From positions 32,001-96,000 of the forward strand of contig CAXXSM010000036.1 in the NCBI GenBank assembly GCA_963663405.2: a stretch of DNA of 64,000 bases. Reading direction: 5' to 3'. Positions 10,008 to 19,006 of this stretch are shown piece after piece. Both the position numbers and the translations under genes were made by a program. Within the stretch, counting starts at the first letter, position 1. The number at the start of each line of letters is the position of its first letter. Below the pieces are notes generated by a model. That model had not been told where the DNA came from, made no database searches, and saw nothing but the letters and a program-made list of their open reading frames with translations. Origin of the DNA: a bacterium. GTDB taxonomy: Bacteria; Hinthialibacterota; Hinthialibacteria; Hinthialibacterales; Hinthialibacteraceae.

Positions 10008-11207
10008 ATGAGACGAATTGGAAAATGGCTCCGGGGGGGATGGTTTATCTTCCCCGGTTTCTTTATTTTTACTTATTTACACGTAAGTTACGCAGCCGAA
10101 AGCCTCCCATCCATTCCTCATAAACGCATGTTAGATGATCCGCTCGAGTTTACTGGCCGCGAGGGGCCGGTGGGCGATCCAATGAAGTTGGGAGAGATCC
10201 GCATCGGTTTTTTTGCGCCGGTTGATGGTTCCGATCCTGTGGGGGACGCAATGTGGAAGGGGGCGTCTCTCGCTGTCGAGGAGGCGAATCGCGCTGGAGG
10301 GTATCAACAAGTTCCATATCGGTTGATATCGCGTTGGGCGGATGATCCTTGGGGAGCGGGTTCAAAGGAGATGATCCGGTTGGTCTATGAAGATCGCGTC
10401 TGGGCGGTGATCGGCTCGATTGACGGTGATACGACTCATATCGCCGAACAAATTGTTACTAAAGCGCGTCTGCCTCTCATTTCACCCGTGTCGTCCGATC
10501 CTACGCTGACGTTCATCCGGATTCCCTGGATTTTTCGCCTGGCGCCGGACGATCGCTCGCAGGCGAACGTTCTTGTCAGCGATGGCATAATCCAGCATGG
10601 TTGCAAGCGAATCGGATTGATCACAGCGTCCAACCATGATGGACGGATCGCGGCGAAAGAATTGAAAGACGCGCTGGGAAAAAATAATATAGCGCCTGTC
10701 TGTCATCTTATTCTGCCACCGGATCCGGAATCCTTTGGGGAATTGGCGGATAAACTTCAGGCGTTTCACTGTGACACGCTGGCGCTGGCGATTCCTAGAG
10801 ATTCAATAGGACCATTGTTGAAGTCATTCAAAAATAATAATATCAAAATCCCTGTTTTTTTTCCTTGGATACCCGGCGCCGATGAAAGAGAGTTAAAAAA
10901 ACTATATGAAGGAATGTTGGTTACTATTCGTCCATTTGAAGAAGATACTCTAACAGAACAGTATTCCACGTTCCTTCTGGCCTATCAAAATCGGTTTGGG
11001 GAATCCCCTAACGCTTGCGCGGTGTATGCGTATGACGCGGTGAACATCATTGGTAAAGCCATTCAATCCCAAGGTTTGAACCGGGCGCGTATCCGCCGCG
11101 CATTGGCTGATATGAAATGTGGAGAAGGAGTGACGGGGAAAATCGTCTGGGATCATGGGGGAGGGAATCCAGGGCGCCCGTTGATCTATAAGATCACCGC
11201 CCCATGA
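10008..11207 (+). CDS. Second type I periplasmic binding protein, paralogue of the upstream gene
   Basis: IRIGFFAP, GASLAVEEANRAGG, VWAVIGSIDG, AVYAYDAV, GVTGKI motifs. Confidence 0.85.
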   Translation: MRRIGKWLRGGWFIFPGFFIFTYLHVSYAAESLPSIPHKRMLDDPLEFTGREGPVGDPMKLGEIRIGFFAPVDGSDPVGDAMWKGASLAVEEANRAGGYQQVPYRLISRWADDPWGAGSKEMIRLVYEDRVWAVIGSIDGDTTHIAEQIVTKARLPLISPVSSDPTLTFIRIPWIFRLAPDDRSQANVLVSDGIIQHGCKRIGLITASNHDGRIAAKELKDALGKNNIAPVCHLILPPDPESFGELADKLQAFHCDTLALAIPRDSIGPLLKSFKNNNIKIPVFFPWIPGADERELKKLYEGMLVTIRPFEEDTLTEQYSTFLLAYQNRFGESPNACAVYAYDAVNIIGKAIQSQGLNRARIRRALADMKCGEGVTGKIVWDHGGGNPGRPLIYKITAP

Positions 11208-11219
11208 GAAACTGTATGG

Positions 11220-12272
11220 CTAGGATTTTAGGTGTTCGTCGAAGAACGTGAGCGCGCGCTGTTCGATATAGGGACACACAACCATGCCCGTGAGCAGCAC
11301 GGCTGAATAATGGCCCGTGGGCACATAAAGTGTCTTAGGACAGCCCAGCGCTTGGCGCAGTCTCTCACCCGTTCGCCGGGGAACGGTCGCGTCCATCCGC
11401 GCGAGAATCAAAAATGTCTTCTGCGCATTGATATACGGCGCGAATCGAAGCGGTTCAGAGAGGATTTCTTCCCGGATCGCGTCTCGCAGTTCTTCCATTG
11501 TCCAACCGTTTTTTTCACGGATGGCGGTCCGGATACTGTCCAGTTTTTCAAGATTGCTTGTAGTTAAAATGGAACCGAAATCGCCACCCGCCAGCGCGAA
11601 TACATTCGCTTTCAAACGGGGTTCCACTCCCGCAAGGATAACATTCTTGATTCCTCCATAACTCACTCCGAAACTGCCCAGCGCTTCTGTGTCGACGCCT
11701 TCCTGCTGACAGAGCCAATCCAGCGCAATCCGATCCCGAATGACCGCGTCACACATTTGCTCTTCCAGACTGCTTAATTCGATCGCTTCTCCGCGCCGCG
11801 CTTTCTTTAAAAGATCGGGCGGGCGGTGTACGACGAGGCAGTGATACCCGCGCATTGAAAAACGCTGCGCGAAATGAGACGCCACCCGGTTTTTCCCACC
11901 CAAAATCGGTGAGATTAGAAGCCCCGGCGCTGATCCGTTTTCATCGCAGGGGTAATAATCTACTGTGAGAGGCTCATCACCGTTCTGGACTTGGATTTTT
12001 ACGCGGATGAATCCATCGGGATTTTTTTCCTGGGAGAGAACCGGGCAGCCGGTTGGCTGCCGGTAGCGTTCGTCCAATTCAGGAGGGCGGATTACAGGTC
12101 CAGTGTAATCCCGATCCAAACGCACGGTGGCGCATTGAAACTGCGATAAACAAAGCGCAAAGAAAAACAACCAGCGAATTGAAAATAAATTTCCCAGGAA
12201 TATCTTGCTCAAATAGGTTTTTATACGTATCATAATTAAACTTAATATAACTCGCGTTTCTGTGAGTGTCAT
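11220..12272 (-). CDS. Alpha/beta-hydrolase, probably exported; start may be internal
   Basis: Nucleophile elbow GVSYGG, D in RMDATVP, H in PTGHY. Confidence 0.75.
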   Translation of the reverse strand: MTLTETRVILSLIMIRIKTYLSKIFLGNLFSIRWLFFFALCLSQFQCATVRLDRDYTGPVIRPPELDERYRQPTGCPVLSQEKNPDGFIRVKIQVQNGDEPLTVDYYPCDENGSAPGLLISPILGGKNRVASHFAQRFSMRGYHCLVVHRPPDLLKKARRGEAIELSSLEEQMCDAVIRDRIALDWLCQQEGVDTEALGSFGVSYGGIKNVILAGVEPRLKANVFALAGGDFGSILTTSNLEKLDSIRTAIREKNGWTMEELRDAIREEILSEPLRFAPYINAQKTFLILARMDATVPRRTGERLRQALGCPKTLYVPTGHYSAVLLTGMVVCPYIEQRALTFFDEHLKS

Positions 12273-12293
12273 GAAAAATCTCTGGAGGATAGA

Positions 12294-12611
12294 ATGAAAT
12301 ATAATCGTCTAATTTTACTTTTCGCGGTAGGTTTCCTGTGTGTCTCTATGTTTGGATGCGCGGGTGGATCGAGAAGAGTCGTTCTCGATGATCAAACCAT
12401 CGCCCTGCAAATCAAAGACCAGCTCGAAGCCACCAGCGGGCCGGAAGGTCCATTTGAAATTGATGTCATTGTGGATGCTGGAGAAGTTACTTTAGATGGA
12501 GAAGTCCCAACTCCACTTGCGAAAGAAAAAGCGATCGAAATCACCCAGATCACAGAGGGTGTCAAGGATGTGAAAAGCTACTTGATCGTCCGGCAACCGT
12601 CCAACCAGTGA
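12294..12611 (+). CDS. BON-domain lipoprotein
   Basis: GGAGG RBS; lipobox-like MFGC; DDQTIALQIK...GEVTLDGEV...EGVKDVKSYL. Confidence 0.85.
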   Translation: MKYNRLILLFAVGFLCVSMFGCAGGSRRVVLDDQTIALQIKDQLEATSGPEGPFEIDVIVDAGEVTLDGEVPTPLAKEKAIEITQITEGVKDVKSYLIVRQPSNQ

Positions 12612-12628
12612 GAAAAATGGTTTGAAAT

Positions 12629-13165
12629 ATGAAGAAAACAGTGAAGGCGTCCACAGTCGAACTCGTCCAAGGGGATATCACCCAACAGGACACTGCGGCG
12701 ATCGCCAACGCGGCGAATACGTCGCTGTTAGGGGGGGGAGGCGTTGACGGCGCGATTCACCGGGCGGGTGGTCCTCAAATCCTTGAAGAATGTAAAAAAC
12801 TGAATGGCTGTAAAACCGGCGACGCCAAGATTACAACCGGTGGAAACCTGAAAGCCAAGTATGTAATCCATACCCCCGGCCCCATTTATCGAGGCGGAAC
12901 CGCTGGAGAATCGAAACTGCTCGAATCCTGCTACCGGCGTTGCCTCGAAGTGGCCGTGGAAAACGATATTGATTCAATCGCTTTTCCATCCATCAGCACG
13001 GGCGTCTATGGCTATCCCGTCAATGAAGCGGCGGAAATCGCCCTTCGAACCGTCAGAACCTTCCTGGAAAACAATCCTTCCTTACACCTTGTTCGATTTG
13101 TTCTTTTTGATAAGAAGACTTATCAGGCGTTTGTTGGTGCGATGGGAAAGGTGTGGGAAGATTAA
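12629..13165 (+). CDS. ymdB: Macrodomain O-acetyl-ADP-ribose deacetylase (YmdB-like)
   Basis: GDIT, NAANTSLLGGGGVDGAIHRAGG, SIAFPSISTGVYGYP. Confidence 0.9.
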   Translation: MKKTVKASTVELVQGDITQQDTAAIANAANTSLLGGGGVDGAIHRAGGPQILEECKKLNGCKTGDAKITTGGNLKAKYVIHTPGPIYRGGTAGESKLLESCYRRCLEVAVENDIDSIAFPSISTGVYGYPVNEAAEIALRTVRTFLENNPSLHLVRFVLFDKKTYQAFVGAMGKVWED

Positions 13166-13226
13166 TATCGAATTAACCATCATGATTGAGATCACAACGC
13201 GAAAGTGAAAATGAGTCGCGGAAGCG

Positions 13227-13305
13227 GTAGGGCGCCTCACGCTTTATCGACCCACCGGGAATGATTTACGAAAATGGCGCCTCAAAAAGACGCGACCCAC
13301 CCTAC
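13227..13305. repeat. Degenerate REP-like element
   Basis: Bounded by GTAGGG and CCCTAC, with two GACCCACC copies; a similar GGTGGG...CCACCCTA lies at about 51011-51036. Confidence 0.4.
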
Positions 13306-13520
13306 ATGCTATTTCTTATCTGTCGATTTCTTCTTATCAGAAGAAAGAGGAGGCACACCGGTTCCACCCTTGGGTGGATTATTGGGATCTAGATTTTCAT
13401 ATATTGGTTGATAGCCTTTCATTAACAGATTATTTACTTCTTGCATTTTTCTGAATATCTTTTGTTTTTTTTCTTTATCCATTTTTTATTCCCATAGTGA
13501 GAGAATTATTGGGCTGGAAT

Positions 13521-13835
13521 TTAGACAGGTTGCAAGTTTTTGTTGACTGGGACGAATGATATTTGAAGCCGCTTATTCAAAACAGAAGCAATACGTTGAA
13601 GCATACGCAAGGAATGACCTTCGTAGTCAGCATTTTCTAGATCGGCGATTATGGATTGACTAATCCCTAAAAGTTTTGCTAATTCGGCCTGTGTTAGGTT
13701 CGCGTTCATTCGCGCATCATAAATAAGTTGCGCAACCTGAGCGTTAATAGCCGCTTGTTCAACAAGCTCACGGAGTTCACTATCGGTTCCAATCATCTGA
13801 TCGATAATTTTCAGAGCATTATTTGTTTTAGGCAT
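13521..13835 (-). CDS. XRE/HTH antitoxin (HigA-like)
   Basis: ARMNANLTQAELAKLLGISQSIIADLEN HTH motif; overlaps the stop of the upstream toxin; ATG at 13835. Confidence 0.85.
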   Translation of the reverse strand: MPKTNNALKIIDQMIGTDSELRELVEQAAINAQVAQLIYDARMNANLTQAELAKLLGISQSIIADLENADYEGHSLRMLQRIASVLNKRLQISFVPVNKNLQPV

Positions 13836-14238
13836 CGGAAATGATCTCCTCAAGAGCGTGATTTTCCGGTTCTTGTTCGTATTGTTTTTTTCGGATTAAG
13901 GCGCGATTGATATCTATATCAGGTACTTTTGCTTTCTTTGTAAGAGCGTGGGCAAGTAAAGCCACATTTCTTCCATGAAAAAAGTATAGGATGCGGTAAT
14001 TTACATGTTCTTTCTTTACTCGAAGCTCATAGATTCCTTCACGAAGATAGTCGGCTTGAGGCCTTCTGAGTTCGTGACCAAACGTGGCCAGCTGGTAGAT
14101 CGCCGCCACGCAATTGGCGAAGGCCTTACGATCTTTTTGTTGCAGATCGAAAAGCCAATCCCGAACGGGCGAATTACCATTTTCTTCTTGATAAAAGAAT
14201 ACTTTCGTCTCTGGCACAGAATCCTCGAAATTACTCAC
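13828..14238 (-). CDS. RelE/ParE-family toxin (HigB/Gp49-like)
   Basis: GNSPVRDWL, RRPQADYLREGIYELR, YRILYFFHG, HALTKK; toxin-first gene order. Confidence 0.85.
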   Translation of the reverse strand: MSNFEDSVPETKVFFYQEENGNSPVRDWLFDLQQKDRKAFANCVAAIYQLATFGHELRRPQADYLREGIYELRVKKEHVNYRILYFFHGRNVALLAHALTKKAKVPDIDINRALIRKKQYEQEPENHALEEIISDA

Positions 14239-14364
14239 TATTAAATATGTTATATCATAAGAAAAAAATACTCAATACACATTTTAACTTATACAAAATT
14301 GTGTTTGAATAGTATTTCTTAATTGGCCGAAAAGATCTATTAAACCTGCTATTTGTTGGCTACA

Positions 14365-15495
14365 TTATCCCGCTGGTGGTATCGTCTCCCCATCTTCCTT
14401 GTCTTTTGAAGCAATTCCTTCATCTGAGCTGTATGCTAAAGATGAATTCTGTTCTTCCAATGGGATATCCCGGAATGAAATAGGTCCTGTTGGGATGGGG
14501 GTGGGATTCCATTCGGGAGTGGATAGGATGACGGATTCCTTTTTTTTGACGGGTGTCTTGAATGAATAGGCTGCGTTTCCTGTCAGATCATTCATAAACG
14601 CAATGGCGAACGCGTCTTTTAAAATGGGAATCGGCAGGAGGAAAAACGCGCCGAATAGTGACGCGGGAATCGTCAATAAAAAAAGAACCAATTCCCGCAT
14701 GACGCCACTGACGTGAAATAGACCGATTAAGGAATACGTGAATACGCCCGTAAAAAGCGCGGCGAATAGGAAAATTATGGTTTCCGCAATTCCAATCGTG
14801 AACCGGTAATAAGCGTAGAGGATGAACTCGCCCAGCGACGCGAAAATCAGGTCGAACGCCCGTGACCAGGCTTTCATAACTCCATAATCTTGAAAGATCA
14901 TCAGCGGTACAACGATTGAATCCAGTGTTATTGAATAAAAAAATCCAAATAAAAGGATGTTGATCAAACCACCAATCCCTAGAGTGAGTAACAGCAGCAA
15001 TCCTGCTTGATCTCCTTTCATCTCCACCAACCAAGCTGAAAGAGCAAGGGCGCATATACTGAGAAAAATAAATCCCGTAAGCGCAAAGACCGCAAACGTG
15101 ATCTTCCAAACAAAATAACAAAAAACCGCATAACAATGTTTACGGAAACTGGAGAGATAATCCATTAAGCCAGTCCGGACACCGTCATAAAAAAGAATCC
15201 GTGACGCCGCCGCATAAAAGGTGGCGATGATTTTGAAAAGGATCAATCCCACAAGGAGTGTAACCGTGGCGGTAATCAAAAAAGGCAGCAGTTTCAGATT
15301 CCATATGCTGATTTGTGTTAAATCCAGATCCGCTGTGTGTTCTTCAAATTGGAGATATAGATTGATAAGGGAGAAGCCTTGCATCAAAAAATAGAGCAGG
15401 GCCATCCTCAGCCAAAAACTCAACCGGAAGGGCCGGAATAAAAGACGTGGAACCTGTCTCCACGCCCGGCGAAACGCGCCGGCGGTTGTGGTCAT
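14365..15495 (-). CDS. Integral membrane protein of unknown function
   Basis: 376-aa ORF with about 6-7 hydrophobic segments; AAGGA RBS. Confidence 0.7.
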   Translation of the reverse strand: MTTTAGAFRRAWRQVPRLLFRPFRLSFWLRMALLYFLMQGFSLINLYLQFEEHTADLDLTQISIWNLKLLPFLITATVTLLVGLILFKIIATFYAAASRILFYDGVRTGLMDYLSSFRKHCYAVFCYFVWKITFAVFALTGFIFLSICALALSAWLVEMKGDQAGLLLLLTLGIGGLINILLFGFFYSITLDSIVVPLMIFQDYGVMKAWSRAFDLIFASLGEFILYAYYRFTIGIAETIIFLFAALFTGVFTYSLIGLFHVSGVMRELVLFLLTIPASLFGAFFLLPIPILKDAFAIAFMNDLTGNAAYSFKTPVKKKESVILSTPEWNPTPIPTGPISFRDIPLEEQNSSLAYSSDEGIASKDKEDGETIPPAG

Positions 15496-15626
15496 TGTTA
15501 TTGTCCTTTTATAAAATATGAACTGAAATCAAGAAATCGCTGGTATACCTTTCCCCGCGTCGATCCCTGCGCCAGAATGAATATATCAGCATCAATATCA
15601 ATAAGCCATGAATTGAATGATAAGGC

Positions 15627-16751
15627 GTGTTTATGATACATCATACTCGAGTTTTAATTAATCCGCGCGCGTATGAAAATAACATCCGGTATTTCGCCGC
15701 GCTTTCCCCGCATTCACTATGCGCCGTGGTGAAAGCGGACGCGTATGGTCATGGTCTGCGGGAATTGGCGCCGGTCGCGGTCCAGGCGGGCGCGGAGTAT
15801 TTGGGAATTTCTGATAATTGGGAAGCGGGAGAGATTCGCCGGTTGGGATTGCAGTGTCCGATCCTGCGTCTCCGGCCCGCGTTGCGGGATGAGTGCGAAG
15901 AAGCGCAATCGTGGGGTGTGGAAGAGTTGGTTGGATCATTGGAATCGGCGGAGATGTTGTCGGAAATTGGAAAACGGTCGGAAACGCCTATCTCCATACA
16001 TGTAAAAATTGATGCCGGAATGGGGCGTATGAGTTTTTCATCGCCCCGGCAAAATCAAGAGATCGAACGGATCTGTCAATTGCCAGGAGTTCGTGTGAAA
16101 GGATTGATGACTCATTTTCCCTGCGCGGATGAAGAAGATATTGAATTAACAAAGGATCAACTCAAACGCTTTGAAGAATTGGCTCACGCGCTAACTCCCA
16201 TCCTGCCTAAGGATGTAATGTGGCACACCGCGAACAGCGCCGCAACGCTGAGACTTCCGGAAAGTCATTATTCTCTTACGCGGGTGGGAATCGCTTCCTA
16301 TGGATTGAAGCCATCTCCGATTACACCGGTTCCTCAGGACTTACATCCGGTGATGTCTTTCCAGACACGAGTAGCGCAACTTAGGGAACTTCCAAAAGGC
16401 AGTACGATCGGATACGGCATGACCTATACCTCCGATCGAGATATGTGGTTGGCGACTCTGCCCGTTGGATACGCCGATGGCTACCTGCGTGATTTCTCTA
16501 ACCGGGCGTATGTTCTAATTCAAGGCGTCCGTTGCCCTGTCGTGGGGCGGATCACGATGAATATGATCATCGTGGATGTGTCCGGTCTTCCACAAGTTAG
16601 CATAGGAGACGAAGCGATTCTGATGGGCAGGCAGGGAAGCGAAGAAATTTCGGCGGATGAACTCGCCCAATTAGCCAATACTATTAATTATGAGATTACT
16701 TGCCTGTTTGGGAAATGCAGTTATCAAAGAGTCTTGGATGAGACCTGTTGA
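15627..16751 (+). CDS. alr: Alanine racemase
   Basis: AVVKADAYGHG PLP-lysine motif, HVKIDAGMGR, IGYG, PVGYADGY, VVGRITMN, TINYE. Confidence 0.95.
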   Translation: MFMIHHTRVLINPRAYENNIRYFAALSPHSLCAVVKADAYGHGLRELAPVAVQAGAEYLGISDNWEAGEIRRLGLQCPILRLRPALRDECEEAQSWGVEELVGSLESAEMLSEIGKRSETPISIHVKIDAGMGRMSFSSPRQNQEIERICQLPGVRVKGLMTHFPCADEEDIELTKDQLKRFEELAHALTPILPKDVMWHTANSAATLRLPESHYSLTRVGIASYGLKPSPITPVPQDLHPVMSFQTRVAQLRELPKGSTIGYGMTYTSDRDMWLATLPVGYADGYLRDFSNRAYVLIQGVRCPVVGRITMNMIIVDVSGLPQVSIGDEAILMGRQGSEEISADELAQLANTINYEITCLFGKCSYQRVLDETC

Positions 16752-16759
16752 GTTTGTAG

Positions 16760-17404
16760 TTAGGGCGTGTTTTGTGTGGATTGGAGGAGAGAAACGATCG
16801 CGTTCGTCACTTCCCGGATACCCTGCCGTTTCAGAACAGAGGTTAAAATACAAGATTCTTCTTTGGAAAGGCCCAGCGCGCGAATCGTCTGCGCGCGGGA
16901 TTTTTGGATGGCGTTCTTTTTCAATTTATCAGTTTTTGTCAGGATCGTGACGGCGGCGCGATTCGAATGAGTGATCCATTCCCGCATTTGCAGATCCAGT
17001 GTTTGTGGCTCATGACGCGAATCGACCAGTTGCAGAATCCCGATCAACGGCTTCCGCCGTTCAAGAAATTCTCCCATTGTTTTTCCCCACTGCTCTTGCA
17101 CCGTCTTCCCTGTTTTTGTGTAGCCATAGCCGGGAAGATCGACCAGATGCAGGTGGATCGATCCAGGTTCAATACGCAGGTGAAAGTAATTGATCATCTG
17201 CGTTTTCCCTGGAGTGCGGGAGGTTTTGGCCAGGTTTTTCTGGTTGCAGAGTAGATTGATTAAACTTGATTTGCCGACATTGGAACGTCCGGCGATCGCG
17301 ATTTCTGGATAGATTGGATCGGGGCAGCTTCGCAAATTGGGTGAACTGACAACATACGACGCTTCCACAACGCGATAGGGAGTATGATCACTTTTTTCTA
17401 ACAT
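16760..17404 (-). CDS. engB: Ribosome biogenesis GTPase EngB/YihA/YsxC
   Basis: GRSNVGKSSLIN, TPGKT, DLPGYG, TKTDK. Confidence 0.95.
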   Translation of the reverse strand: MLEKSDHTPYRVVEASYVVSSPNLRSCPDPIYPEIAIAGRSNVGKSSLINLLCNQKNLAKTSRTPGKTQMINYFHLRIEPGSIHLHLVDLPGYGYTKTGKTVQEQWGKTMGEFLERRKPLIGILQLVDSRHEPQTLDLQMREWITHSNRAAVTILTKTDKLKKNAIQKSRAQTIRALGLSKEESCILTSVLKRQGIREVTNAIVSLLQSTQNTP

Positions 17405-18324
17405 AGATACTGCGCCTCTCGTTCTAGTTCGACGCCGAACTTCTCTTTCACGAGCGCCGCCATTTGATTCGCCAGTTCGATAATGTCCGCCGCCGTGGCG
17501 GCGCCGGTGTTTACGATGATGTTCGCATGTTTTGGAAATACGCGGGCGCCTCCCACCCGCAGCTCTTTCGCCCCCGCTTCATCCAATAATTTCCCTGCGG
17601 GAATCCGATGGGCGCCCGGTTCGGGAGGGGGAAGGTTTTTGAAAAACGAGCCGGCTGAAGGTAAATCAGCGCCTGGATGTTTTTGTTTTCGCTCCTCTTG
17701 GACGCGTTGAATCTCACTCAGAAGCGCCTCGGTGGATTGTGATGAAAACGTGCCCATTGTAACTGCGAGTAGAATATCCCCACGGCGCCGGGCTTCGCTA
17801 TCGCGGTATTGAATGCCTAAATCTTTCGCGTCCATTACACAGATCGATCCATCGCGCCGGAGGATGTCCGCGTCAAGCAAATAATCCACAACCAGCCGTC
17901 CGAACGCCCCGGCTCCTCCAACAATGGCGCCGCCCAGCGAACCAGGAATCCCCGCCGCGAAGGTTAAATCTCCCCAGCCCCGTTGGGATACTTCCCGCAC
18001 AAATCGATCGAGATTGTATCCACTGTCGACACGCGCGTTATTGTCTTTGCCCCACTGGATTCCAGCTGATTTATTGATGACTACGAATCCCCGCAGACCT
18101 TCATCACTAATCACTACATTCGAGCCCCCCGCCAAGAGTTGAAAGGGTATTTTGAGTTCCAAGGCAAGACGGTACGCTTGAATTAACTCATCCGACGAAT
18201 GCGCTTCGAGAAGAAATTCAGCGGGGCCGCCGACACGAAAGGTCGTATAGGGCGCCAGTGGAATCTCGAATTGAACCGCTTCACCAAACCGGTCTCGCAG
18301 TATAGATTGAATTGAATTGCTAAT
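17398..18324 (-). CDS. murB: UDP-N-acetylenolpyruvoylglucosamine reductase, probable ATT start (308 aa)
   Basis: GGSNV, GIPGSLGGA, YRDS, PSAGSFFKN, KHANIIVN. The frame continues upstream of the called TTG through LAPYTTFRVGGPA to ATT at 18324, with GGAG 7 nt before it. Confidence 0.9.
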   Translation of the reverse strand: MSNSIQSILRDRFGEAVQFEIPLAPYTTFRVGGPAEFLLEAHSSDELIQAYRLALELKIPFQLLAGGSNVVISDEGLRGFVVINKSAGIQWGKDNNARVDSGYNLDRFVREVSQRGWGDLTFAAGIPGSLGGAIVGGAGAFGRLVVDYLLDADILRRDGSICVMDAKDLGIQYRDSEARRRGDILLAVTMGTFSSQSTEALLSEIQRVQEERKQKHPGADLPSAGSFFKNLPPPEPGAHRIPAGKLLDEAGAKELRVGGARVFPKHANIIVNTGAATAADIIELANQMAALVKEKFGVELEREAQYLC

Positions 18325-18328
18325 GAGA

Positions 18329-18904
18329 TTACTCCAATCGAACTTCCATCCAAGAATGCAGCAACTTGTCTTCGCCTTTCAGCAGCAGGCATGCGGGGGT
18401 TTTTTTAACTTCTTCGACCACATTGGCCAAAGGTTCCTCAAGGCCTTTTAAATCTTCGAACGTCATTTGCAACAATCTCACGACCATACCGGTATAGCCC
18501 AATGGAACCGGCAGTTTAATCTGGTCGGTAGTAATTCGAAGCGTGTTGGGTTTTGGTCCGGGCGGCGCTTTGACTGTTTTTTTAGTAATGCGCAGGTGAT
18601 AATCGTTTTTACTCACCTCAAATTCTTCGCCGTTGGGCATCAGTTCCACGGCGTTCGCAATGGCGAGAATATCAAAGCCTTCCTCTTTGGATTCCTCAAG
18701 CGTCCGAGGGGGCACAGTGTCCACGATGGCTTTAGCCAAGGGAAGTGGAAGCGTCGCATGGCCGATCACGGGTGACGCCGATTGCACTTCCTCAAAAAAA
18801 ACATGAATCCAAATCGTCTCGATTTCCTCGCTTTCCTGCCCGTAGACATTCATGAGCAGTCCCATCCACGCCACACTACAGAAAATCAGTTTACGAAATC
18901 TCAT
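18329..18904 (-). CDS. Hypothetical exported protein
   Basis: 191-aa ORF with signal-peptide-like N-terminus, GGAGG upstream, tightly coupled to murB. Confidence 0.65.
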   Translation of the reverse strand: MRFRKLIFCSVAWMGLLMNVYGQESEEIETIWIHVFFEEVQSASPVIGHATLPLPLAKAIVDTVPPRTLEESKEEGFDILAIANAVELMPNGEEFEVSKNDYHLRITKKTVKAPPGPKPNTLRITTDQIKLPVPLGYTGMVVRLLQMTFEDLKGLEEPLANVVEEVKKTPACLLLKGEDKLLHSWMEVRLE

Positions 18905-19006
18905 TCGCTTATCCTTCCTCCCACTCGGATTCAGTATTCATGTTTCCTGAAATGTAATTCTCTTGGATGCTCCGGTCAACCGGCTTTGCATACTTCGTTG
19001 ATTCCT

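Noticed and set aside
12629-14238. Macrodomain plus toxin as a DarTG-like system
   Set aside because: The toxin is RelE-like with its own HTH antitoxin on the opposite strand; the macrodomain is a stand-alone YmdB type.
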